From an uncultured cyanobacterium (lineage in GTDB: Bacteria > Cyanobacteriota > Cyanobacteriia > Pseudanabaenales > Pseudanabaenaceae): 64,000 bases of DNA. The notes under the pieces are model-generated. The model was given only the letters and a program-made list of their open reading frames with translations, searched no databases and was not told the DNA's origin. The stretch is from NCBI GenBank assembly GCA_963703315.1, contig OY969811.1, positions 4,256,001 to 4,320,000 on the forward strand, written 5' to 3'. Both the position numbers and the translations under genes were made by a program. Of this stretch, positions 1 to 8,662 are shown in pieces. How positions within the stretch are numbered: position 1 is the first letter of the stretch; each line of letters opens with the position of its first letter.

Positions 1-58
1 CTTCGCGCCGCAACTCTCTTTTGGGTTTTATGTCTTAACTTGCTTAGCTATGGCTATA
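1..58. repeat. Partial copy of palindromic MITE-like element (family B)
   Basis: Near-identical to 11669-11726 (cttcgcgccgcaactctcttttgggttttatgtcttaacttgctt[a/g]gctatggctata). Confidence 0.85.
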
Positions 59-263
59 CGTTCTACCCAACACAGCGACAGCAAACCATTGCGGCTATAT
101 ACAACGACCTCGCCTTTTCGATTTGCTGTACCCATTTTGTACCCAAACCGTACCGAGTCATAACGATTTATACCCCGTTACGACACCATAACGGGTTTCT
201 TTGCAGACAAAAGCCGTTTAACCAAACGGCTAAACGGCTTGCTGTATATATGCTTGAGTGGTA

Positions 264-335
264 AGCCCTCAACGGGATTTGAACCCGTGACCTTTCCCTT
301 ACCAAGGGAATGCTCTACCCCTGAGCCATGAGGGC
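264..335 (-). tRNA. trnT: tRNA-Thr(GGT)
   Basis: Reverse complement GCCCTCATGGCTCAGGGGTAGAGCATTCCCTTGGTAAGGGAAAGGTCACGGGTTCAAATCCCGTTGAGGGCT folds as a cloverleaf; anticodon loop TT-GGT-AA; T-loop GTTCAAATC. Confidence 0.97.
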
Positions 336-504
336 GTTTTTTAACGCTTTGTAATTATGACATAGTGATGTACATTTTTGGCAAGCTCTGTAAAAAAAAA
401 TTTGAGTCCCTAGTAATTAGGCATAATGCGATCTAGTTATCAACTATCAGCGATAGGCGATCGCTATCCTGTAAAATTCATTAAATCCACATGCCGAGCT
501 ACTC

Positions 505-786
505 ATGCAATACGTTTTGATTATCCATGAAGTCGCAGATTATCTTGCTTGGAAGAAAGTTTTTGATGAGGCGGCTGATATTCGTAGAGAAGCAGGTGAG
601 CGATCGTATCAGGTCTTAAAATATGAGAATGATCCAAATAAAATTGTGCATTTCTCGGCATGGACTGCGATCGCTGATGCCAAAACGTTTTTTGAGTCAC
701 CTCAACTAGTCAAAATCAGAGCCGAAGCTGGCGTTAAATCTCCAGAATTTATCTATTTAGAGCAACTTGAATCTGGCACACTCTAA
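505..786 (+). CDS. Small ABM/dimeric alpha-beta barrel family protein
   Basis: 93-aa ORF with H-V-DY-AWK-FD pattern typical of ABM-like proteins. Confidence 0.65.
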   Translation: MQYVLIIHEVADYLAWKKVFDEAADIRREAGERSYQVLKYENDPNKIVHFSAWTAIADAKTFFESPQLVKIRAEAGVKSPEFIYLEQLESGTL

Positions 787-811
787 TTACGGAGAAAATA
801 TTACAATCGTG

Positions 812-1675
812 CTAAATATTATTTTTTAAAACTCTAAACGGTAGATTGACACTTTCCCATTGACGAATAGACAGGTAAATTTGAGTTTTATAAAAATAGG
901 CTTCTTCATAGGCAAGTCGTAAACTACGCTCAAGAACACTCGGTTCTACATCAGAAGGTTTAGCAGAACCAATTGCCTTACACAAACCAAAGGACAGAAT
1001 TTGTACCAAATGATGACCACAACATACTTGATATGGATCGTGGTCGTTTCTTTTTTGGTTAGCAATATGTTGTTGTAATATTTCATCTTTTAGTCTGTGG
1101 GCTTCAGATTTATTTTTTACTTCTTGAATGAGGTTAATTTCATCTATTTGGAGAGTTTGCTCGTCAATGAATTTACTAAATTTAATGCCCGCAAAGGTTA
1201 AATCTAATCCGTGAATTTGTGAAATCCACAGAAGATAGCCAATAGGCTTTCCAGCTTGGAGCAACACAGATCTTATATCTTTACCAAATTTAGTTATTTT
1301 CTGTTCTGATCCAACCTCTACAAGCACCTTATCGAGGGCGGGAGATTGGATTAGCATTGTTTCTAGATCGTGAGTATCGGTAAGAATTAGATTAGGAATG
1401 TTTGGTAAACCTTCAAGACGATCAAAATCTGCATCAATAACTGCTAAAATCCCTTGAAAATCTTCTTTGTCCAGAATCCCCAAAATCTCAATGGCTCTCT
1501 GCTTGCTAGATGGTTTGCCCGAAGTAGTAACGACTTGACAAGCAACTTTGTCAATAAAACGCTCATAAAAAGTCTTGTCTGTACCACCTTCGACCAATAA
1601 AAACGAGCCAGAGAAACTAGTGCGCCGAAGTCTAATCGCAGCAACTTCTCGATCGACTGTAATAAAGTCTCTCAT
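812..1675 (-). CDS. DUF4435/TOPRIM protein (PARIS AriB-like)
   Basis: Start reassigned to MRDFITVD; its ATG overlaps the upstream TGA (ATGA). TOPRIM-like LLVEG..D and VIDADFD motifs, HDLE, C-terminal GH. Confidence 0.75.
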   Translation of the reverse strand: MRDFITVDREVAAIRLRRTSFSGSFLLVEGGTDKTFYERFIDKVACQVVTTSGKPSSKQRAIEILGILDKEDFQGILAVIDADFDRLEGLPNIPNLILTDTHDLETMLIQSPALDKVLVEVGSEQKITKFGKDIRSVLLQAGKPIGYLLWISQIHGLDLTFAGIKFSKFIDEQTLQIDEINLIQEVKNKSEAHRLKDEILQQHIANQKRNDHDPYQVCCGHHLVQILSFGLCKAIGSAKPSDVEPSVLERSLRLAYEEAYFYKTQIYLSIRQWESVNLPFRVLKNNI

Positions 1676-2867
1676 CCTTCTTTCCCTTTCAATTCCACTG
1701 TTAAATCCCAGCGATCTTGAATAATATCTGGTGAATGAGTAGCCATTAAAATATCTAGATCTGCAAGCTTGGTGATTTCGAGTAATTCCTGTAAAAATTG
1801 GGACTGCCATCCCACATGAAGGGATATTTCTGGTTCGTCAATCAAAATTAATGAACCTGCTTCTGCCTTGAATAAAAGCTCATACAACATAATTAGTTCA
1901 TGTTGCTCGCCAGAGGAAAGATCTCTTGGAGACAAGCGATCGCCATTATCAGTTACAAAGAAAAATCCTTCTTTTTTATCAATTTCTAGCTTTTTATACT
2001 TAAACCAATTATTAATAATTCTCTTAAAGACGACAATCCTATCCGCTATATTACTTAAAACATCAAGCTTCTTTTCTGTATCCTCTATGTAAACTGCGAG
2101 GATTCCTTTAGATTTTTATCAATTTCAGTCTGTATTTGGGGAGGTGACTCTTCTGTATCGTCAAGCAATCCAATATCAATAAGACGTTCACGGGATTTTT
2201 CTAGTTCTTCAAATTTATCTCTAAGATAATTGTTTGTGAAATCAGAAGGTGATTTTCGACTAATCATTCTCACTGGAAATGTTCTATCTAATGCTTGAGA
2301 AATAGAAGCATATTGCGCTAGATTTGTATCGATTTTCCTTGCTAATTCTTTCGCTAATTCTTCAACAGCAAGAAATTCACCATAACCAGAGTATACACTG
2401 TCAATATTTAGTAATCTTTGAGATTCCACCAAATAAATAGGGATTTGATCTGTAACATTTTTTTTCGCAAGGATATTTACTTCTAAATCCTTTTTCTTAA
2501 TAATGGGCGGTAAATATTCATTTGCAAATTTGGAATTTTCTTCTTGGGTGTTGTCACTACTAAAAGAAAAATGCTCTTGATTGCCATTACCACTAAAACA
2601 AAATGATAAAGTTGGGTTTGAATCATTTAGAGTTTTTTCTACCTTTAGACAACTATCATCATCAAAAATCACTGAAAAAGTTTTATATGGAGTCTTATAA
2701 AAATAGCCATCTCTTGAACTAAAGAGTGCATTGATGAGTTTAAGAACTGTTGTTTTTCCATAACCATTAGGACTATGAATGATTGTGATTCTTTCATTCA
2801 TGTTCAATGGTATTACATGATTAAAAATTCCAAATAAACCTTCAATAGATATTTCTTTGATTTTCAT
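1672..2867 (-). pseudogene. ABC-type ATPase (AAA_15/AAA_21, PARIS AriA-like) split by a 1-nt frameshift
   Basis: Walker A-like SPNGYGKT in 2085-2867; LSSGEQ, LILIDEPE and ATHSP in 1672-1935. One extra T in the T5 run at 2113-2117 joins them in frame. Confidence 0.8.
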
Positions 2868-2888
2868 AGTTTTTTGCCATGCTTGATG

Positions 2889-3113
2889 CTAAAGCTCAGT
2901 TTGTTGTTCAGCTTGTAAAGCTAATTTGGGAAATAGAATTACGAAAAATCCCATCCATGCAGTTATGGGAATTGCGACCAGAATCGATACCCAAACTAGT
3001 TTGAATAATAGCCAGCTACCACTAATAATCGAGAATCCAGTCAAGATGATTGACCAAGGCTGACACCACCAAGGTTTATGATTCCAAACGCTATCAGGTT
3101 GTTCTAAAGTCAT
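2889..3113 (-). CDS. Conserved cyanobacterial small membrane protein (DUF6737-like)
   Basis: W..KPWWCQPWSIILTG motif and two hydrophobic segments; start at MTLEQP. Confidence 0.75.
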   Translation of the reverse strand: MTLEQPDSVWNHKPWWCQPWSIILTGFSIISGSWLLFKLVWVSILVAIPITAWMGFFVILFPKLALQAEQQTEL

Positions 3114-3164
3114 TTTGATTTCCTTTATTTGCCAAGAGGTCGTGCGAAGCACGACCTCTTTATT

Positions 3165-4922
3165 TTACATACGTTCTAAAACACGAATACCGAGGAGATT
3201 TAATCCTAGCTTGAGGGTTTTGGCGGTGATGTCACAGAGACTCAATCGCGAGATTCTTTCGGACTCTTCTGCTTGCAATACTGGGCATTGCTCGAAGAAT
3301 TGATTGAACTTTTGGCTGAGTTCAAAGAGATATTGACAGAGACGATTTGGGAATAACTCTTCCGAAACCGCTTCGATCGCTTCCGCAAATTGCAACAAAT
3401 GCTTAGCTAACACAATCTCTGGCTCTTGCGTGAGCTTGACTGCATCCACATTTAAACTGGCAAAATCAATCTCGCCTTTGCGACCAATCCCTTGCACGCG
3501 CACATAGGCATAGAGCATATAGGGTGCGGTGTTTCCTTGCAGAGCTAGCATTTTGTCAAAGCTGAAGATGTAGTTACTGGTGCGATTTTGCGAGAGGTCG
3601 GCGTACTTGACGGCTCCGAGTCCAACGGCTTCGGCGACATCTTGCTTAAACTCTTCTGAGGCTTCAGGATTGCGGGTTTCGATGTCGGCACGGGCGCGAG
3701 TAATTGCTTCTTCTAAGAGACTCTTGAGCGCGATCGTATCCCCCGATCGCGTTTTAAATTTCTTGCCATCGTCACCCATCACCAAACCAAAGGGAACGTG
3801 GGTAGTCTGCACAGTGTCAGGAATCCAATTAGCGCGTTTAGCAACTTGGAAGACTTGGGCAAAATGTCCCGACTGTCCGATATCGGTCACGTAAATAATG
3901 CGAGTGGCTTTGTCTGCACGAATGCGATAACGCAGAGCCGCGAGGTCGGTTGTAGCGTAGTTATAGCCACCATCGGTCTTTTGAACGATCAGGGGCAATG
4001 GTTGACCATCTTTATTTGTGAATCCTTCTAAGAAAACACATAACGCACCTTGATCTTCTTGTAATAAGCCAGTTTCACGTAAGTCGGTAACGACATCTGA
4101 CAAGAACTGATTGTAAAAAGATTCACCCCGTTCTTCTAAATGGATATTGAGAGCGTCATAAATCTTTTGGAACTCACGGCGAGACTGTTCGCAAAGTAAT
4201 TGCCATGCTAGTTTTGCCTCAGATCCTCCCGCTTGCAACTCCACTACTGCCGCACGAGAAGTTTCCTTAAAGGCTTCATCTTCATCAAAGCGTTTTTTGG
4301 CAGCGCGATAGAGTTCTACTAAGTCACCGATCGCGATCTCATCGGCTTTGGTTAGGGCCTCGGGATAAACTTCGCGCAAATAGGTAATCAACATCCCAAA
4401 CTGGGTTCCCCAATCACCAACATGATTGAGGCGTAGGACTTCATGCCCTTGAAATTCTAAAATCCGCGCAATGCTGTCACCGATAATTGTCGATCGCAAA
4501 TGTCCAACGTGCATTTCCTTAGCAATATTCGGACTAGAGAAATCGACAATTACGCGCTCTGGTTTATCGACTTTGGCGATCGCGAGGCGATCGCTTTTTT
4601 GCATTTTTGCTAATTGTGACTCTAAGTAACTAAGCTTGAGCTTTAAGTTAATAAAACCTGCCCCTGCGATCGTCGGAGGCTCAAATATTTCATTTACAGT
4701 TTTATCAGCTAGTAAATTTTCAATTATTTTCGCGGCAACATCTTGAGGCTTTTGTTTAAGCTTTTTAGTTAAGCCTAAAGCCGCATTACATTGATAATCG
4801 CCAAATTTAGCATCCTTAGAAGGCGCAACGGCGGGATCGTGGTTGGCATATTCTTCACCAAAAGCAGCAGCGATCGCCTTGGCAAAACGAATTTTTAAAT
4901 CGGATAAAACGGAGGTGGTCAT
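3165..4922 (-). CDS. argS: Arginine--tRNA ligase
   Basis: [43 protein letters not shown] motifs. Confidence 0.98.
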   Translation of the reverse strand: MTTSVLSDLKIRFAKAIAAAFGEEYANHDPAVAPSKDAKFGDYQCNAALGLTKKLKQKPQDVAAKIIENLLADKTVNEIFEPPTIAGAGFINLKLKLSYLESQLAKMQKSDRLAIAKVDKPERVIVDFSSPNIAKEMHVGHLRSTIIGDSIARILEFQGHEVLRLNHVGDWGTQFGMLITYLREVYPEALTKADEIAIGDLVELYRAAKKRFDEDEAFKETSRAAVVELQAGGSEAKLAWQLLCEQSRREFQKIYDALNIHLEERGESFYNQFLSDVVTDLRETGLLQEDQGALCVFLEGFTNKDGQPLPLIVQKTDGGYNYATTDLAALRYRIRADKATRIIYVTDIGQSGHFAQVFQVAKRANWIPDTVQTTHVPFGLVMGDDGKKFKTRSGDTIALKSLLEEAITRARADIETRNPEASEEFKQDVAEAVGLGAVKYADLSQNRTSNYIFSFDKMLALQGNTAPYMLYAYVRVQGIGRKGEIDFASLNVDAVKLTQEPEIVLAKHLLQFAEAIEAVSEELFPNRLCQYLFELSQKFNQFFEQCPVLQAEESERISRLSLCDITAKTLKLGLNLLGIRVLERM

Positions 4923-5014
4923 GGGTTAGTAGCTGAGATCTCAGGCTAATCAATATAGCTTTTTTTATGCTCTACTCAATATTATGGGCGATAAGTAGGA
5001 ATGCTTAATTATTT

Positions 5015-5089
5015 GTAGGATGCGTTAGTGCAACGTAACGCATGAATTAGGCATTAATTATGGGTTACGCGATCGCTAACCCATCCTAC
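5015..5089. repeat. GTAG-type REP doublet (REPIN-like)
   Basis: GTAGGATGCGTTAG..TAACGCAT, spacer, then inverted partner ATGGGTTA..CTAACCCATCCTAC. Confidence 0.65.
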
Positions 5090-5154
5090 ATTTAACCTAC
5101 GCAGTCAAGGGAACTAGAAATGCAATATCAGCTTCTGAGTTTTATATAGGCAAA

Positions 5155-5730
5155 ATGCTTAGACTGGTCTACAGGAAAGACAAGAATATGAAAATTTTAA
5201 GAATGCAAACTTTCAAGCTACTTCTAAAGCGACTATCTTTAAGTGTTGGTACTTTAGCGATCGCGCAATTATCTCTATTCACAAATCCCAGTTTTGCAGC
5301 GCCAAACAATCTCACTCTGAGCGTTTGTCCTGCAAATTCTGGTGCTGCTTTTCCCATTTGTCCGACGGAGTTTAGCCTGACTCAAACACCACGTCCTTAT
5401 TATGAAGGTGGCTATACCATTGATGGCTCAGCGTCTCTCGGTTGGGTTGCCAGACCGTTTCAGATCGAAAAAAGCGATGATTTTAGTGTGACTTGGGTAG
5501 CAAAGCTGCAATTGAAATATCGCAATTGCAAAGCAACAGCCCGAATTACTCAAGTTAATGGCGATCGCTTTGAGGGACATTCCTATCTACGGGCGCGGTT
5601 TGTGAATGAGAATGTATATCTGATTTTAGATATGACGGGACTGAATGATGCGAATAGGCTAACGCCTGTAATTTTGCAAAAAAATGTCAAAAATGGTAAT
5701 CCTGTGTGGACTTGGGGCGGTACTGATTAA
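5155..5730 (+). CDS. Hypothetical secreted protein
   Basis: Signal-peptide-like segment ending PSFA; true start may be a downstream Met. Confidence 0.65.
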   Translation: MLRLVYRKDKNMKILRMQTFKLLLKRLSLSVGTLAIAQLSLFTNPSFAAPNNLTLSVCPANSGAAFPICPTEFSLTQTPRPYYEGGYTIDGSASLGWVARPFQIEKSDDFSVTWVAKLQLKYRNCKATARITQVNGDRFEGHSYLRARFVNENVYLILDMTGLNDANRLTPVILQKNVKNGNPVWTWGGTD

Positions 5731-5836
5731 AGATTTTTACCGAGGCGATCGCTACTACTTTTTGTCGCCAGATTATCCCTAAACAGGCTAGGATACGAAT
5801 ACACCAAGTAATACATCAAGTAATTAGGAATTAACA

Positions 5837-6133
5837 ATGGTAGAACGTCCTATCAAAAAAGCGGATCGTCAACCTACGCCAGAGGGTAACGAAAATACTA
5901 GCGCTAAACGGTCTGATGACTCCGACAAAAAGCGTTCTAGCCGTGATGGTGGTAAAGGGAAGAGAGATAAAAGAGGGGGAAGGGATGAGGAAGTCAAGGC
6001 TCCCGTAAATCTTGCGTTAATCAGAGGACCAAAGCCAACTAAACCACAACCCGTCATCGAAGAAGTTGTTGCCGAAGAAGTTGTCACTGAAGAAGTTGCG
6101 GAAATAACCGAAGAAAGCACACCTGAAGCATAA
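5837..6133 (+). CDS. Conserved hypothetical low-complexity protein
   Basis: MVERPIKK start, RGPKP motif, acidic tail; AGGA SD upstream. Confidence 0.75.
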   Translation: MVERPIKKADRQPTPEGNENTSAKRSDDSDKKRSSRDGGKGKRDKRGGRDEEVKAPVNLALIRGPKPTKPQPVIEEVVAEEVVTEEVAEITEESTPEA

Positions 6134-6198
6134 AAGACAATGGCGGCGCGATGCGCCGCCATTGTCTAAAAAATAAAAGAGGCGCATCGCGCCTCTTT
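6134..6198. terminator. Paired hairpins between convergent genes
   Basis: agacaatggcggcgc-gat-gcgccgccattgtct and aaaagaggcg-cat-cgcctctttt. Confidence 0.6.
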
Positions 6199-7040
6199 TA
6201 TTTTTTAGACGTTAACAATCCTTGACTGGGACTGAAAGCTAGCGTTAATAAAAATAAAAGTAGTACCGATAGGACGATCGCAGGACCAGAGGGTAAATTC
6301 AAATAGTAACTGGCATATAACCCGATCGCACTTGCCATAACCCCTAAACCTGCTCCCACAAAAATCATCTGATGCAATTCTTTCACTAATAAATAAGCCG
6401 TAATCGCAGGTCCTACTAATAGCGACACCACCAACACCACGCCCATTGTTTGCATACTGGCAATGATCGTCAAAGTTACCCCTGCCATTAAGCCCAAATA
6501 GATCAGATTTACAGGTAATCCTAGCGCTTGCGCCCCAATCCGATCAAAGGTGTAAAAAAGTAATTGCTTGTAAAACATGGCGATCGCTGCCAACACGATC
6601 ACCGTAATAATTCCTGCGCGAATTGTGTCGGTTTGGGAAACGCTGAGAATATCGCCAAACAAAAATCCATGTAGATCGATTTTGATTTTCAGCAAGGAAA
6701 TCAACAAAATACCGATCGCAAAAAAACTTGATGAAGTCAAAGCCATCGCTGCATCAACTTTGACGCGAGTTTGCGATCGCAACCATGCAATCAAAAAAGC
6801 ACTGCCAATACCTGAAATAAATGCCCCAATCGCCACATCGATTTTATAAAAAAAGGCGATCGCCATCCCCGGCATGACGGTATGGGTCATCACATCCCCT
6901 AGCAATGCCATCCGTTGCACAATCAAAAAGCACCCGATCGCTGGACAAATAATTCCTGCTAAACCACCTGCAATCAAGGCATTTCGCATGAATTCCAGCG
7001 CAAGCGGCTCACTGAGCCATTGCCAGATTTGATTAGCCAT
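6198..7040 (-). CDS. Metal (Zn/Mn) ABC transporter permease, ZnuB/MntB family
   Basis: FMRNAL, ALLGD..H..PG, FLFGDIL, PSGPAIVL motifs; start at MANQ. Confidence 0.92.
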   Translation of the reverse strand: MANQIWQWLSEPLALEFMRNALIAGGLAGIICPAIGCFLIVQRMALLGDVMTHTVMPGMAIAFFYKIDVAIGAFISGIGSAFLIAWLRSQTRVKVDAAMALTSSSFFAIGILLISLLKIKIDLHGFLFGDILSVSQTDTIRAGIITVIVLAAIAMFYKQLLFYTFDRIGAQALGLPVNLIYLGLMAGVTLTIIASMQTMGVVLVVSLLVGPAITAYLLVKELHQMIFVGAGLGVMASAIGLYASYYLNLPSGPAIVLSVLLLFLLTLAFSPSQGLLTSKK

Positions 7041-7047
7041 AAATTTA

Positions 7048-7554
7048 TTAATCCTTTGCTGAGCCAAAAGCAGCGATCCATTTGTGTTGAATTGCGGTTT
7101 CGAGAATACTTTGGACGATCGCTAACCATGCAATATTTTCAAGTAACAGGATGGCGATCGCTAAAGCTAGTTGGACTAAAGGCAAGAGTGTAAGTGTTGG
7201 TAAATCGCGATCAATTGCGCCAAAGCTACGGATACAGGCAAAGGCTAATATTGCGCCTGATTTGAGATGGGAGTTGCGATCGCGCCGCACAATATAGCGA
7301 TAGGTGACGGCAAACAAAAAACCTGAAAAGCCAATCATGCCTAGCTTGATCAGCAAAATGAAGGAGTTGCCAAGCTCAAAGCTGCTGATTAGTTGCCCAG
7401 TCAGAAAATTCTGTAAAAAGTGATGTAGTAGGGCGATCGCAAAAAATGCGAAAACACTAGCGATCGCGCCGAGAAAGCCAGCTTTAAAAGATTCAAGGCG
7501 ATCGGCTATAGATAAATGCTCTGATTCGGTCGAAATAGGATGAGAAGATTGCAC
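7048..7554 (-). CDS. Conserved membrane protein
   Basis: RLES.KAG and FAVTYRYIVR.D.N.HLK.GA motifs; several hydrophobic segments. Confidence 0.75.
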   Translation of the reverse strand: MQSSHPISTESEHLSIADRLESFKAGFLGAIASVFAFFAIALLHHFLQNFLTGQLISSFELGNSFILLIKLGMIGFSGFLFAVTYRYIVRRDRNSHLKSGAILAFACIRSFGAIDRDLPTLTLLPLVQLALAIAILLLENIAWLAIVQSILETAIQHKWIAAFGSAKD

Positions 7555-7605
7555 GCTCGTTAACTATTTTTAAAGTGTTATTTCTTGGGTTGGTAGTAGC
7601 TCATC

Positions 7606-7643
7606 TGTCTACGCCTACGCTGGTTCAAATCCAGATCGTCTCA
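7606..7643 (+). pseudogene. Degenerate 3' half of tRNA-Tyr
   Basis: CTACGCCTACGCTGGTTCAAATCCAG resembles the variable arm + T arm of cyanobacterial tRNA-Tyr; no anticodon arm upstream. Confidence 0.6.
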
Positions 7644-7688
7644 TATTTACAAGGAGAGAAAACGAAGTTTTCTCTCCTTGTTGTTTGA

Positions 7689-8609
7689 CTAGGCAAAAAT
7701 TTGACTTAGGGCTGTATCAATATTGGGATATTTAAACGCAAATTTACTAATTTCGGCTTTATGTGGCACAACGCGCTGACCATCTAATAACACCGTTGCA
7801 CCTTCGCCAAAAACTAGCACCAACGCCGCCGCAGGAACTGGTAAAAAAGCGGGACGTTTGATTGCTTTGGCAAAGGCAACTGTAAAATCTTCATTAGTCA
7901 CAGGTTGAGGAGCCGTAGCATTTAAAGCACCTGACACCTGCTCATTTTTCAAGGCATAGATGATTAGCTCTACAAGATCATCACGATGAATCCATGAAAA
8001 CCATTGTTTACCAGAGCCAATCTTACCGCCGCCGCCAACTTGGAAAATCGGTAACATCTTGGCGATCGCCCCACCCAATCCTAAGACAATGCCAGTTCTG
8101 AGCTTGACTAGTCTCACACCTAAATTGGACACTGCATCGGCGGCAGCTTCCCACTCTTTGCAAATATTTGCCAGAAAGTCATTACCTGCATCACTATATT
8201 CATCAAAGGTTTTGTCTAGACTCGTGCCGTAATAACCGATCGCGGAGCCACTAATTAATACTTTGGGCTTCACCTCAGCTTGGGCGATCGCCTCTACCAA
8301 GACCTTTGTGGTTAAAATCCGACTATCGCGGATCTCCTGCTTCCGTTTGTCAGTCCAGCGCACACCAGCGAGGGGTTCACCAGCGAGGTTAATCACGGCA
8401 TCACTGCCAGAGATGGCACTAGCCCAATCATTTAACTCAAAAGGTGTATAGCCAATAATTTCCACATTGGGGAAACTTTCTTTAGGAAACTGGCGGATTG
8501 CTTTGGAAGAATCGCGAGCAAGGATAATCAGGCGATCGCCTAAACTATGCAAACGCTCAACTAATTTTACGCCGACGAACCCTGTAGCACCCGTTATTAC
8601 AATTTTCAT
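7689..8609 (-). CDS. TIGR01777 family NAD-dependent epimerase/oxidoreductase
   Basis: ITGATGFVG, NLAGEP, GSGKQWFSWIHRDD motifs. Confidence 0.93.
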   Translation of the reverse strand: MKIVITGATGFVGVKLVERLHSLGDRLIILARDSSKAIRQFPKESFPNVEIIGYTPFELNDWASAISGSDAVINLAGEPLAGVRWTDKRKQEIRDSRILTTKVLVEAIAQAEVKPKVLISGSAIGYYGTSLDKTFDEYSDAGNDFLANICKEWEAAADAVSNLGVRLVKLRTGIVLGLGGAIAKMLPIFQVGGGGKIGSGKQWFSWIHRDDLVELIIYALKNEQVSGALNATAPQPVTNEDFTVAFAKAIKRPAFLPVPAAALVLVFGEGATVLLDGQRVVPHKAEISKFAFKYPNIDTALSQIFA

Positions 8610-8662
8610 AATTTATTTCTGGTTAAATTGCTGTTGAATAGTCTAACTTTGCGCCTCTCTTT

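Noticed and set aside
40..264. 74-aa ORF
   Set aside because: It spans a repeat end and att-like sequence up to the tRNA and has no recognisable motif.
1676..1810. N-terminal extension of the 332-aa ORF
   Set aside because: It overlaps the ATPase C-terminal coding region; the ATGA-coupled start at 1675 is more plausible.
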